This document shows, piece after piece, positions 20,301 to 31,000 of a stretch of DNA of 64,000 nt. Both the position numbers and the translations under genes were made by a program. Source of the DNA: Aulosira sp. ZfuVER01 (GTDB taxonomy: Bacteria; Cyanobacteriota; Cyanobacteriia; Cyanobacteriales; Nostocaceae). The notes below the pieces were generated by a model. That model saw nothing but the letters and a program-made list of their open reading frames with translations. It was not told where the DNA came from and searched no databases. Location: contig JAVRCV020000008.1 of NCBI GenBank assembly GCA_034530615.2, positions 96,001 to 160,000 on the forward strand, read 5' to 3'. The stretch's first letter is position 1. Each line of letters begins with the position of its first letter.

Positions 20301-23300
20301 ATATGATGCCCGATCGCTTTCTGTTGTTGGATAGCTTGCCAATTACGCCCAACGGCAAAGTCGATTGCAAAGCACTACCAGCACCCGACGCAACTAGACC
20401 GGAATTGGCAGAAAACTTTGTGCTATCACGCACGCCCTTAGAAACAGAACTTACACAAATTTGGGCAGAAGTGCTGGGAATAGAACAAGTTGGCGTTCAA
20501 GACAACTTCTTAGAATTGGGCGGACAATCTTTACTTGCGATTCAGGTAGTTTCTCGTATCCGCGACAATTACCAGGTAGATTTGCCGATGCGATCGCTGT
20601 TCGACTCGCCCACCATCGCCCAACTTGCCCAACAAATCGAAAGCACTCAGAAAAATTCTAGTTTGCAAGTGCCTGGGATTGTTCCTGCTCCTCGGCATCA
20701 AAACATACCGCTTTCGTTTGCTCAACAGCGCTTCTGGTTCTTTGAACAATTAATTCCAGGTACTTCTTTATCTCATGAGTCTACCGAGCTACGTCTGCCT
20801 AATTTGCAGAATATAACAGCCTTAGAACGAAGTTTTAACGAAATTATCCGACGGCATGAAATTTGGCGCACTACCTTTGAAATGCTTGATGGGCAAGCGA
20901 TTCAAGTTATTCATCCCAACCTTTACATCCCCTTACCTGTTGTAGATTTGCAAGCACTTCCCACCGCCGAACGAGAAGCAGAAGCGTTACGGTTTACCAC
21001 CGAACAATCACAAACACCCTTTAACTTAACGCAATTACCTCTAATTCGAGCGATTTTATTCAAATTTAGCGAGACTGATTATCGTTTGTACATGACAATG
21101 CACCATATCATCTTTGATGGTTATTCTCTGTACAACGTCTTTTTGCCAGAATTAGCAGTACTTTACGAAGCCTTTTTTGAAGACAAACCTTCTCCATTAC
21201 CAGAATTATCGATTCAGTATGCAGACTTTGCATATTGGCAACGGCAATGGTTGCAAACAGAAATTCTCACGCCCCAACTGAATTACTGGAGAAACCAGCT
21301 TGCCAATCTTTCCATGTTGGAATTACCGACCGATCGTCCGCGTCCAGTAATGGAAACCTTCCGAGGTGCAAGACATTTAGTCAAGTTACCCAAACAATTG
21401 ACTGAGGAACTGAAGAAACTGAGTAGTCGTAAGGGAGTCACTTTGTTTATGACCTTGCTAGCCGGGTTTAAAACACTACTAGCGAGGTATGCCCAACAAG
21501 ATGATATTGCTGTAGGTACGCTACTTTCTGGAAGCAATCGCCCTGAAATAGCTGAATTAATTGGGATTGTAATTAATAACCTCGTCTTGCGAACAGACCT
21601 TTCCGGTAATCCCAGTTTCTCAGAACTACTCTTACGGGTACGAGAAACTACTTTAGGCGCTTATGCCAATCAAGACGTACCATTTCAAAAGTTAGTTGAA
21701 GTCCTGCGACCAGAACGCCACCTCAGTCATCATCCTTTATTTCAAGTATTGTTTATCCTAGAACCACCAGCATTAGTATTAGAGTCTGGCTGGAGTTTAC
21801 GTTCCTTAGTTGTAGATACAGGAACGTCAAATATGGATATAACGCTTTCACTGGGCGATCGCCCTGAAGGTTTAGAGGGCTACCTTGAGTACAACAGCGA
21901 TTTATTTGATGGCACAACCATTACTCGGATGGTTGGGCATTTCCAAACTCTATTACAAAACGTTGTTGCTAATCCCGAACAAAAACTTTCAGAGTTACCT
22001 TTACTAACACAAGCACAAAAGCAACAGTTGCAGCTTGAGAACGACACCCAGACCGATTATTCTCTGAATTTATGCTTGCATGAATTATTTGCCGCACAAG
22101 TCGAACGTTCTCACGATGCTGTTGCAGTAGTGTATGAAAATGAGCAGTTAACCTACCAAGAACTCAACGCTAGAGCAAATCAACTAGCACATTACCTACA
22201 AAAGCTAGGTGTAGGTAAAGAAGTACTAGTAGGAATTTTTGTCGAGCGTTCCCTTGATACGGTAATTGGCATATTGGCTATCCTGAAAGCGGGTGGTGCT
22301 TATGTACCGCTAGATCCCAGCTATCCACAAGAGCGATTAGCCTTTATCTTGCAAGATTCTCAAGTGTCTGTGTTGTTGACTCAGCAGCATTTGACGGAGA
22401 CTTTATCGCCACATCAAACCAGGATTATTTGCCTAGACACAGCTTGGGAAACAATCGCCAATGAAAGCCAAGAAAACTCGATCGGTGATTGTACAACTGA
22501 CAACCTCGCTTATATTATCTACACCTCAGGCTCAACGGGTAAACCCAAGGGTGTATTAGTAAATCACAGTAATGTAGTCCGCCTGTTCACAGCCACAGAA
22601 TCTTGGTATCACTATGATCAACAGGATGTCTGGACTCTTTTTCATTCGATTGCCTTTGATTTTTCAGTTTGGGAAATGTGGGGTGCTTTGCTATACGGTG
22701 GAAAGTTAGTAGTAGTACCGTATTTGATCGGTCGTTCACCCTCAGATTTCTATAAATTGTTGGTAACGCAGCAAGTTACAGTACTCAACCAAACACCTTC
22801 AGCTTTTACTCAACTGATACAAGCAGAGGAAGCTTTGGGAGTTGATAAAAAGCTGAGTTTGCGATTAGTGATTTTTGGTGGTGAAGCTTTAGAACTTCAG
22901 AGTTTAAAACCTTGGTTTGACAAGCATGGCGACCAAGTTCCCCAATTAGTGAATATGTACGGGATTACAGAAACAACTGTGCATGTGACTTATCGCCCAA
23001 TAGCGATCGCAGATTTAGAAGCAGGATTAGGAAGTGTTATTGGTCGTCCAATTCCTGACTTACAACTTCACTTACTAGATAGGTATCAGCAGCCAGTACC
23101 GATTGGAGTTATGGGTGAGATGTACATTGGTGGTGCTGGTGTAGCACGAGGTTATCTGAACCGCCCAGAACTAACTAACCAAAAGTTTATCCCCAATCCC
23201 TTTAGCAAAAAACTTAATGCACGCTTGTATCGTTCTGGTGACTTAGCCCGTTACTTACCCAATGGCGATATTGAATATTTAGGACGTATCGACCAGCAAG

Positions 23301-24292
23301 TGAAAATCCGTGGTTTCCGGATTGAACTGGGTGAAATTGAGGCGGTATTGAGCCAGCACCCAGATGTCCGGGAAGCAGTAGTTGTTGTGCAAGAAGAGAC
23401 AGGTGACAAGCGACTACTAGCTTATGTTGTCACTGCTCATTATCCAGAACGAGTGCCTTATCAAGTTGCTTGTCCGGTGGAATTTACTGGAAAAGGAACA
23501 GCCATTTTAGACACTGAGGATATCTCTAGCAGTGGAGTTTGTTTGGTCGGTGCTACTGATGTAGAACCGGGTCAGCCTGTCCGTCTGCGCCTACAAATAC
23601 CGGGTTCCCATGAGGAACGGTGGTTAGTGGGAAGTATTGCTTGGCAACAAGGAAATCGAGCCGGAATTCAACTTGACCTGACACCCGATTTGCAAGAGTT
23701 GTGGGAGCAAGGTGTCCATTATCTGCTGGAAACCCAAGGCTTTTTGAAAGTTTGGCAGCGCACGGTTAGTGCTAGCTTACGAGATTTTCTCAAGCAGAAG
23801 TTACCTCAGTACATGGTGCCTAACAGTTTTATTCTGCTGGATACTTTACCGCTGACTCCTAGTGGCAAAGTTGATCGTAGAGTCTTGCAGCAACAACGTT
23901 CTACAACCGTAGCACCACCAGCCAAGCCGGAATTAGAAGCAGAATTGGCATCACCTCGGAATGCGATCGAGCAGGTTGTGACTGATGTTTGGGCTGAAGT
24001 TCTGAAATGCGATCGCATCGGTATTCATGACAACTTCCTAGATTTGGGAGGACACTCGCTAATAGCAACGCAGGTGATTTCTCGATTACGCAATCTTTTT
24101 CAGGTGGAATTGCCTTTACGTTTGATGTTTGAGTCTCCCACTGTGGCGGAACTCGCAGCAGCAGTTGCTCAACTTCAAAACACTCCAGCAATTGCCCCAG
24201 AACCCGCTATTACATCAGTATCTCGTGCCGCGTATCGCATGAAGCGATCTGCCCTTAACAAAGGCACAGATGGAAATGGCAGCAAAGGATAA
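17363..24292 (+). CDS. NRPS 1: A(Tyr)[N-MT]-PCP-C-A(Thr)[PilZ-like insert]-PCP
   Basis: Two YTSGSTGKPKG motifs; specificity codes read by eye DASTIAAVCK (Tyr) and DFWNIGMVHK (Thr); N-MT LELGCGTG; HHIIFDG; PCP GGQSL and GGHSL. Confidence 0.95.
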   Translation: MFSYFQDASIHQLFEVQVEQSPDSIAVVFEGIESHLQVSHSANSFLTYKELNVRANQLAHYLKTLGVGPEVLVGICVERSLEMIVGVLAILKAGGAYLPLDSNYPKERLAFMLEDSQISVLITQQRFLESLPSNTAQIICLDTDWTGIAEHSQQNLICEVTSNNLAYVIYTSGSTGKPKGVLVPHAGVGNLAREQIRIFDVQPDSRVLQFASFSFDASVSEIFMALLAGATLVLATRDSLMPGTGLLKLLREQRITTVTLPPSALAVLPIQELPDLRSLIVAGEACPPELINRWAPGRRFFNAYGPTEATVCTTIAECTPSVKKPSIGYPIANKQVYLLDEQLEPVPVGVVGELYIGGLGLAKGYLNRPELTAEKFILKKAGGWGAEEQGGRGAEEPVTRLYKTGDLARYLPDGSLEFLGRIDEQVKVRGYRIELGEIEAVIGRHPGVQQAVAIAREDVPGQNRLIAYVVQNPEYEGEPEQVADLEAEFISQWQSVSDETYKQTTGDRAFNFAGWNSSYTGLPIPEAQMREWVEQTVARIQSLQPNQVLELGCGTGMLMFRIAPQCSLYWGTDFSQQVLGYLQQQLQHLKLPQIKLGHRTADNFAGIEPASFDTVILNSVSQNFPSIDYMVQVMSGAVKAVKPGGRIFIGDVRSLPLLEAYHASVQLYQAPDSLTRTQLQEQVRSRFAQEEELVIDPGFFLALQQHFPEISRVQIQLKRGVHHNELTRFRYDVTLHIGSEVSSSADITWLDWQQQQLTLPALRRYLSETQTEILGLRGVPDARLATEVKTLEWLASGDGVETVEEFLAQILPTLEGWGVDPEDLWALSEDLPYNIDIIWSLVAGFYDVVLQRRDTPPLKDKIFEHEEGVTNDGSCFKPGNPSNALPPQCSMTAVTTTGRQPCGEAVRSWGFPPGGTAERVSRLEPTAVETPTTHCLPNAQCPMPHAHLWNAYANNPLKSKLARKLIPQLRSFLQEKLPDYMMPDRFLLLDSLPITPNGKVDCKALPAPDATRPELAENFVLSRTPLETELTQIWAEVLGIEQVGVQDNFLELGGQSLLAIQVVSRIRDNYQVDLPMRSLFDSPTIAQLAQQIESTQKNSSLQVPGIVPAPRHQNIPLSFAQQRFWFFEQLIPGTSLSHESTELRLPNLQNITALERSFNEIIRRHEIWRTTFEMLDGQAIQVIHPNLYIPLPVVDLQALPTAEREAEALRFTTEQSQTPFNLTQLPLIRAILFKFSETDYRLYMTMHHIIFDGYSLYNVFLPELAVLYEAFFEDKPSPLPELSIQYADFAYWQRQWLQTEILTPQLNYWRNQLANLSMLELPTDRPRPVMETFRGARHLVKLPKQLTEELKKLSSRKGVTLFMTLLAGFKTLLARYAQQDDIAVGTLLSGSNRPEIAELIGIVINNLVLRTDLSGNPSFSELLLRVRETTLGAYANQDVPFQKLVEVLRPERHLSHHPLFQVLFILEPPALVLESGWSLRSLVVDTGTSNMDITLSLGDRPEGLEGYLEYNSDLFDGTTITRMVGHFQTLLQNVVANPEQKLSELPLLTQAQKQQLQLENDTQTDYSLNLCLHELFAAQVERSHDAVAVVYENEQLTYQELNARANQLAHYLQKLGVGKEVLVGIFVERSLDTVIGILAILKAGGAYVPLDPSYPQERLAFILQDSQVSVLLTQQHLTETLSPHQTRIICLDTAWETIANESQENSIGDCTTDNLAYIIYTSGSTGKPKGVLVNHSNVVRLFTATESWYHYDQQDVWTLFHSIAFDFSVWEMWGALLYGGKLVVVPYLIGRSPSDFYKLLVTQQVTVLNQTPSAFTQLIQAEEALGVDKKLSLRLVIFGGEALELQSLKPWFDKHGDQVPQLVNMYGITETTVHVTYRPIAIADLEAGLGSVIGRPIPDLQLHLLDRYQQPVPIGVMGEMYIGGAGVARGYLNRPELTNQKFIPNPFSKKLNARLYRSGDLARYLPNGDIEYLGRIDQQVKIRGFRIELGEIEAVLSQHPDVREAVVVVQEETGDKRLLAYVVTAHYPERVPYQVACPVEFTGKGTAILDTEDISSSGVCLVGATDVEPGQPVRLRLQIPGSHEERWLVGSIAWQQGNRAGIQLDLTPDLQELWEQGVHYLLETQGFLKVWQRTVSASLRDFLKQKLPQYMVPNSFILLDTLPLTPSGKVDRRVLQQQRSTTVAPPAKPELEAELASPRNAIEQVVTDVWAEVLKCDRIGIHDNFLDLGGHSLIATQVISRLRNLFQVELPLRLMFESPTVAELAAAVAQLQNTPAIAPEPAITSVSRAAYRMKRSALNKGTDGNGSKG
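19976..20200. repeat. In-frame nested small dispersed repeats plus cccaatg heptamers inside NRPS 1
   Basis: 20074-20134 is the reverse complement of 56427-56487 (59/61 identical); cccaatg repeats at 20171-20200. Confidence 0.85.
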
Positions 24293-24303
24293 AGGAGAAA
24301 AAA

Positions 24304-27300
24304 ATGATACACAAGCTTCCTAACAACTCCTATGGGACTGGTGAAAATTCTTTGGCTGCTGATGAGGAAGAAGTCTTTGTTTTTCCTCTCTCCTTTGCCC
24401 AACAACGGTTGTGGTTTCTCGACCAGTTGATTCCCAACAGTCCAATTTACAACATTCCCGGTGCTGTACAATTCCAAGGACGATTGGATCGGGTGGCTCT
24501 TGAAAAGAGTTTTAGCGAAATCGTTCGTCGCCACGAAGCTCTGCGAACCACCTTTGTAATTGCAGATGGTCAACCCATGCAAGCTGTAGCTGCTGTGGAA
24601 CAAGACTCTAACCTACAGCGTTACTACTCGTTGCAAGAAATAGACCTCAGCCACTTAAGCGAACCAAACCGCCAGACGGAAATCGCAAGACTGGCAACCG
24701 CAGGAGCTAGACAACCATTTAACTTAGAACAAGAGCCGCTACTGCGAGTTACGCTTTTATGTCTTAGCGAACAGGAGTACATCTTCCTCACTACGATACA
24801 TCACATCATCTCCGATGGTTGGTCGCTGAGTATGTTCATGCGGGAATTGATGGCACTTTACCATGCTTTTTCCCAAGGACAGCCCTCACCTCTTCTCGAC
24901 CTCCCCATCCAATACGCAGACTTTGCTCTCTGGCAGCGAGAGTGTTTGCAAGGCGAACTCCTCACCAGTAAACTCGCTTATTGGCAGCGACAACTTGCTG
25001 GTTCTTTACCCGTGCTGCAACTCCCCACCCAAAGAACGCGGCCCGCTGTTCAGTCTTTTCTGGGGGCGCGACAAACGTTCGCCCTATCCTCAAAGTTCGC
25101 TGAGGCGCTGAAGTCCTTCGCTCGTCAGGAAAGCGTAACTGTGTTTATGACGCTGCTGACAGCGTTCAAAACCTTACTTTACCGCTACACCGGACAGGAA
25201 GACATTTTAGTCGGTTCGCCCGTTGCTAATCGTCAACGTCCTGAACTCGAAGGGTTGATGGGCTTTTTTGTCAATACTTTGGTGTTGCGAACTGACCTAT
25301 CTGGCAATCCGTCGTTTAGAGAATTGCTGACTAGAGTACGGGAAGTAACCCTAGAAGCTGACGCTCACCAAGATGTGCCTTTCGAGAAACTGGTAGAAGC
25401 ACTGCAAATTGAACGCGAACTGAGTCGAAATCCCCTGTTCCAAGTCGCCTTTGTCATTGCGCCCCCGATGCCAGTCCTAACTCCACCGTGGAGTTACTGC
25501 CAGTTAGATATGGATACGGGTACAGCAAAGTTCGATTTGACGCTGGCAATAGAGGAAAGACCAGAGGGTTTTATCTGTGCGTTTGAATATAGCACCGATT
25601 TGTTTGAGGCAGATGCGATCGCTCGGATGGTCGGACATTTCCAGACTTTGCTCGCAGGTATCCTTGCTAACCCAGACCAGTGCATTGGTGAGTTACCCTT
25701 GCTAACTGCATCTGAGTGGCAGCAGATGCAGTCTTGGAATCAAACCCAAGTTGATTATCCCCAAGGGTGCATTCATCAGCTATTTGAGGCACAGGTTGAG
25801 AAAAATCCCGATGCGGTGGCTATGGTTTTTGGAGAGCAGCAATTAACCTACCGCGAACTGAATACCAAAGCCAATCAACTCGCGCATTACCTACAAAGCC
25901 TTGGTGTTGGGCCAGAAGTATTGGTGGGGATTTGCGTTGAGCGATCGCTCTATACCTTAATCGGCATCTTGGGCATTTTCAAAGCAGGTGGTGCATACTT
26001 GCCACTCGATCCCGCTTATCCTGCCGAACGTTTGGCATTCATGTTAGAGGATGCTCAAGTTCCGGTGCTGCTAACTCAGCATTCATTAGGTATCGAGCGA
26101 ACACACCGCCAATCATTACAAAAGACAACCATCGTTCATCTAGACAATTGGCAGGCAAATACTGATGGTGAGGAAAACCCTGTTTCTGGTGTCACTTCTG
26201 ATAACCTAGCCTATACAATCTACACTTCTGGCTCTACAGGCAAACCTAAAGGTGTTCTGCTGACACATCACGGGCTGTGCAATCTAGCTAAAGCACAGCA
26301 GCAGCTTTTCAACGTGCAGCCAAACCACCGTGTTTTGCAATTTGCATCCCTCAGTTTTGATGCTTCTATTTGGGAAATTGTCATGGCTTGGGTAGGTGGT
26401 GCCACCATTGTTCTAGCCCAGCAGGACGATTTGCTTCCAGGTAATACTTTGCTGAAGTTGTTGCGCGACCAGCAGATCGCAATTGTTACCTTGCCTCCCT
26501 CAGCTCTAGCAGTTTTGCCAGCAGCGGAACTTCCTGATTTGCAGACAATTATCGTTGCGGGAGAAGCTTGTCCTCCTGAGCTAGTAAAACGTTGGGCACC
26601 TGGTCGTCGTTTCTTCAATGCTTACGGCCCAACGGAAAGCACTGTCTGTGCCACTGTTGCTGAATGTAACCCAGGCGATCAAAAGTTACCCATTGGTTAT
26701 CCAATTGCGAATACCCAGGTTTACATACTTGACGCTAACCTACAGCCTGTTCCTGTTGGCGTTCCTGGTGAAATATACATTGCTGGAGTTGGGTTAGCAC
26801 GCGGCTACCTCAATCGACCTGAATTGACGGCAGAGAAGTTTATTTTGAAGAAGGCAGAGGGAGCAGGGAGCAGGGAGCAGGGGAGTCACCTCGATCTTGG
26901 GGTTTCACGCCACTCCCCTCAAGTCGGTAGACCCGCCCACGGGGGTGGCTCCCCAAGTAGAGCAAGTGGCGTAGCAGGGGGAGAATTCCTAACTCCTCAC
27001 TCCTCACTCCTCACTCAGTACTCAGGACTCAGGACTCAGCACTCACAGGAGCGTCTGTATAAAACTGGCGACTTAGCTCGTTATCTTCCTAATGGTAATA
27101 TAGAATACCTTGGACGCATTGATAATCAAGTAAAAATTCGCGGTTTCCGAATTGAACTGGGTGAAATTGAGACGGTTGTGAGCCAGCATCCAGATGTCAA
27201 GGAAGCGATCGCCATAGCACGAGAAGACTTATCAGGTGACAAGCGGCTGGTTGCTTATATTGTCTGGCAGCCGAAACCGAATCGGGTGCCTTATGAAAGC

Positions 27301-28098
27301 GAGTGTTTGGCAGAATTGGACGGCTACGGAACAGTGCAACTCCAAACTGAGGATATCTCCGTTGGTGGTGCTTGCTTGGTAGGAGTACCAGAGATGTCTG
27401 TCACTCAGCACCTCCGCTTGTGTCTGACATTACCAGGTACAACTGAAGCTCAGTGGTTTTCTGGAAAAATCGTTTGGCAAGAAGGAACGAAAGCGGGGAT
27501 TCAATTTCAGGTTTCACCATCCGAGCAAGCAGTTTTAAATCAAAGTGTTGAGTATCTGCTCAAAACAGGAGGCTTTTTAAAAGTTCTGCAACGCACTGCT
27601 GTTGAGAGCTTGCGAAGCTTTCTTAAACAGAAGTTACCTGACTATATGATGCCTTCTAGCTTTGTGTTTCTTGATACCCTACCTCACACCCCAAATGGCA
27701 AGGTGGATCGCAAGAAACTTCCCGCACCAGAGAATTTGCGATCGCAATTAAACACCAGCTATACCGCACCCCAGACGGAGATAGAGCAAGCGATCGCTTC
27801 AGTTTGGCAACAAGTTCTGCAAGTGGACAAAGTCGGATTGCACGATAATTTCTTCGACTTGGGCGGTCATTCTCTGCGGATGGCGCAAGTTCATACTCAG
27901 TTGTGCGGGGTATTGCAGCAAAAAATCTCGATGGTGGAACTGTTTCAATATCCTACGGTGAGTGCCTTGGCTAAACACTTAAGCCAGGAAAACGAAGCAC
28001 AACCCACTTTTGCACAAAGCCATCAACGCGCCAACAAGCAAAAAGAAGCCCTGCATCTACAAAAGCAAAGAATGCAAAGGAAGAAGGAAAATGGATAA
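24304..28098 (+). CDS. NRPS 2: C-A(Phe)[PilZ-like insert]-PCP
   Basis: LSFAQQRLWFL, HHIISDGWS, YTSGSTGKPKG, code DAWTIAAVCK (Phe), PCP GGHSL; RBS aaggag upstream. Confidence 0.95.
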   Translation: MIHKLPNNSYGTGENSLAADEEEVFVFPLSFAQQRLWFLDQLIPNSPIYNIPGAVQFQGRLDRVALEKSFSEIVRRHEALRTTFVIADGQPMQAVAAVEQDSNLQRYYSLQEIDLSHLSEPNRQTEIARLATAGARQPFNLEQEPLLRVTLLCLSEQEYIFLTTIHHIISDGWSLSMFMRELMALYHAFSQGQPSPLLDLPIQYADFALWQRECLQGELLTSKLAYWQRQLAGSLPVLQLPTQRTRPAVQSFLGARQTFALSSKFAEALKSFARQESVTVFMTLLTAFKTLLYRYTGQEDILVGSPVANRQRPELEGLMGFFVNTLVLRTDLSGNPSFRELLTRVREVTLEADAHQDVPFEKLVEALQIERELSRNPLFQVAFVIAPPMPVLTPPWSYCQLDMDTGTAKFDLTLAIEERPEGFICAFEYSTDLFEADAIARMVGHFQTLLAGILANPDQCIGELPLLTASEWQQMQSWNQTQVDYPQGCIHQLFEAQVEKNPDAVAMVFGEQQLTYRELNTKANQLAHYLQSLGVGPEVLVGICVERSLYTLIGILGIFKAGGAYLPLDPAYPAERLAFMLEDAQVPVLLTQHSLGIERTHRQSLQKTTIVHLDNWQANTDGEENPVSGVTSDNLAYTIYTSGSTGKPKGVLLTHHGLCNLAKAQQQLFNVQPNHRVLQFASLSFDASIWEIVMAWVGGATIVLAQQDDLLPGNTLLKLLRDQQIAIVTLPPSALAVLPAAELPDLQTIIVAGEACPPELVKRWAPGRRFFNAYGPTESTVCATVAECNPGDQKLPIGYPIANTQVYILDANLQPVPVGVPGEIYIAGVGLARGYLNRPELTAEKFILKKAEGAGSREQGSHLDLGVSRHSPQVGRPAHGGGSPSRASGVAGGEFLTPHSSLLTQYSGLRTQHSQERLYKTGDLARYLPNGNIEYLGRIDNQVKIRGFRIELGEIETVVSQHPDVKEAIAIAREDLSGDKRLVAYIVWQPKPNRVPYESECLAELDGYGTVQLQTEDISVGGACLVGVPEMSVTQHLRLCLTLPGTTEAQWFSGKIVWQEGTKAGIQFQVSPSEQAVLNQSVEYLLKTGGFLKVLQRTAVESLRSFLKQKLPDYMMPSSFVFLDTLPHTPNGKVDRKKLPAPENLRSQLNTSYTAPQTEIEQAIASVWQQVLQVDKVGLHDNFFDLGGHSLRMAQVHTQLCGVLQQKISMVELFQYPTVSALAKHLSQENEAQPTFAQSHQRANKQKEALHLQKQRMQRKKENG
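26845..27048. repeat. In-frame STRR plus nested dispersed-repeat insertion inside the NRPS 2 A domain
   Basis: gggagca heptamers, hairpin element acgccact...gtggct, ctcctca/actcagg heptamers; encodes about 65 extra residues between EKFI and RLYKTGD. Confidence 0.8.
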
Positions 28099-31000
28099 TC
28101 TACAAACAAGCGAAGCTTTAGAAGGAATTGCCATTGTGGGAATGGCTGGGAGATTTCCAGGTGCGAAAAATGTGGATGAATTTTGGCAGAATCTCCAGAA
28201 CGGTGTAGAGTCCATTTCTGTTTTCTCCGAGCAAGAATTGGCAGAAGCTGGTATCGATCCGGCAGTATTACAGAATCCTGACTACGTTAAAGCCAAAGCA
28301 GTTTTAGACGATATCGATTTATTTGATGCAGCTTTCTTTGGCTTTAGTGCCAAAGAAGCCACCATTACCGATCCCCAACATCGCTTATTTTTAGAATCTG
28401 CTTGGGAAGCACTGGAAAATGCAGGTTACAACCCAGAAACATACACAGGTGCAATTGGAGTGTATGCAGGGGTAGGGATGAGTGCCTATCTATTAAATAA
28501 TCTTTTTACAAATCCTGAATTAACCCGTTCAGCTGGGGCTTATCAAACTTTAATCGCCAACGATAAAGACTTTTTACCTACTCGCGTTTCTTATAAACTC
28601 AACCTCAAAGGCCCAAGCGTTAATATTCAAACTGCTTGCTCAACTTCCTTAGTCGCTACTTGTATAGCCTGCCAAAGCTTGCTGAACTATCAATGCGATA
28701 TGGCTTTAGCAGGAGGTGTTTCCATTAGCTTGCCGCAAAAATCAGGATATTTGTACCAAGAAGGCATGATTTTTTCACCTGATGGTCATTGTCGAGCTTT
28801 TGATGCCCAAGCACAGGGAATCGTGGCGGGAAGTGGAGTCGGAATTGTTGTTTTAAAACGATTAGAAGATGCGATCGCAGATGGTGATACTATTCATGCT
28901 GTCATTAAAGGCTTTGCTGTAAACAATGATGGCTCGATGAAAGTAGGTTACACTGCTCCCAGCGTCGAGGGTCAAGCAGAAGCGATCGCTCAAGCTTTGG
29001 CAATGGCGGAAGTCGATCCAGAAAGCGTAACTTATATCGAAGCTCACGGTACGGGAACACCCTTAGGCGATCCCATTGAAATTGCCGCACTTACAAAAGC
29101 CTTTCGCGCTAGCACCCAGAAAACGAACTTTTGTGCCATTGGTTCGGTGAAAACAAATATCGGACATTTAGATACAGCAGCTGGGGTTACTGGTTTAATT
29201 AAGACTGTTCAGGCGCTGAAACACCAGTCCATACCACCCAGTTTGCACTTTGAAACTCCAAATCCGAAAATTGATTTTGCCAACAGTCCTTTTTACGTTA
29301 ATCACAAACTCACTGAATGGCACAAAAATGGCAGTCCTCGCCGTGCTGGTGTGAGTTCGTTTGGTATTGGTGGGACAAATGCTCACGTTGTTTTAGAAGA
29401 AGCAACATCTTTAAAAGAGCAGAGGGGGAGAGAGGCAGAGGGGCAGGGGAGAAATTATCAGATATTGGTAGTTTCAGCCAAGTCTGAATCTGCAATTAAC
29501 ACAGCTACAGAGAATTTAATTGCACATTTAAAACAGCATCCCGAACTAAATTTAGCTGATGTTGCTTATACACTTGCTTTTGGTCGTAAGGCTTTCAACC
29601 ATCGCCGGATAGTTGTTTGTAGCAATTTGGAAGAAGCGGTAACAGCGCTTTCTCGACTCAATCAGCGAGTTTTTACTAATAATCAAGAATCTAAACAACA
29701 AGCTATAACATTCATGTTTTCTGGGCAAGGTTCGCAATATGTGAACATGGCGTTGGAACTTTATCAAGTTGAACCAATATTTCGCCAACAAATAGATAAA
29801 TGCTCGGAACTCCTTAAACCTGATTTAGGATTAGATTTACGCGATGTTTTGTATCCCAGTGAAGCACAAACAGAAATCGCCACACAACAATTAAAGCAAA
29901 CAGCAATTACACAACCAGCCTTATTTGTCATTGAGTACGCTTTAGCGCAATTATGGATGTCTTGGGGTGTGCGTCCTCAAGCCTTAATTGGGCATAGTAT
30001 TGGTGAATATGTTGCCGCCTGTATTGCTGGTGTATTCTCCTTAGAAGATGCTTTATCGCTGGTTGCGGCGCGGGGACGACTAATGCAGCAAATGCCTGCA
30101 GGAGCCATGTTAGCTGTACCTTTAACAGAAACAGAAGCGCGATCGCACCTCAACAATAACCTGTCTCTAGCAGTCATCAATGCTCCTTCCAGTTGTGTCA
30201 TTGCAGGTACGATTGCAGAGATAGATGCTTTAGCACAACAGTTACCAGAAAGTCGTCGCTTACATACTTCTCATGCGTTCCATTCGCAAATGATGGAACC
30301 TATTTTAGAACCCTTCATTGAGCGTGTTGGGAAGGTAAAACTGAATCCCCCACAAATTCCTTATATTTCTAACGTCACAGGAACTTGGATTACCACCGCC
30401 GAAGCGACGAACCCCAACTATTGGGCGCAACATTTGCGTCAAACGGTACGCTTTGCTGATGGCTTAGAAAAGTTGATGCAAGATCCTCACCAAATTCTTT
30501 TAGAAGTTGGGCCTGGAAGAACACTGATGACACTCGCTAAACAGCATCCTTATCATGATGCAGCGGTAATTCTTTCTTCCTTACGCCATCCCCAAGAGCA
30601 AGAATCAGATGTGGAATTTTTGTTAACTACTCTAGGACGACTTTGGCTGGCGGGTGTAGAAATTGATTGGTCAGAATTTTATACTGGCGAACAGCGTTAC
30701 CGCGTACCGTTGCCAACTTATCCTTTTGAACGTCAGCGTTACTGGGTTGAACCGCAAGCATTACTACCAGTACAAAAGGCTGCTAACTCTTTCACTAAAA
30801 AACCGGATATTGCTGACTGGTTCTATATTCCTTCTTGGCAACGTTCACCTATTCTGGGGGACAATGATAGCCTTGCTAAGGAGCGTTTTTGTTGGTTGGT
30901 GTTTGTAGATGAGTGCGGTTTAGGCGATCGCATTATCAAGCAACTAGAACTTGCAGGTCAAGATGCGATCGCTGTCAGGATTGGAGAGCATTTTAGCAAG

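Noticed and set aside
19897..20342. Short minus-strand ORFs similar to ORFs at 56249-56603
   Set aside because: Similarity comes from the shared dispersed repeat DNA, not from real genes
28010..28090. Extended PKS start from the ORF track
   Set aside because: Overlaps NRPS 2 coding sequence; ATG 28091 with an upstream AAGGA and stop/start overlap is more plausible
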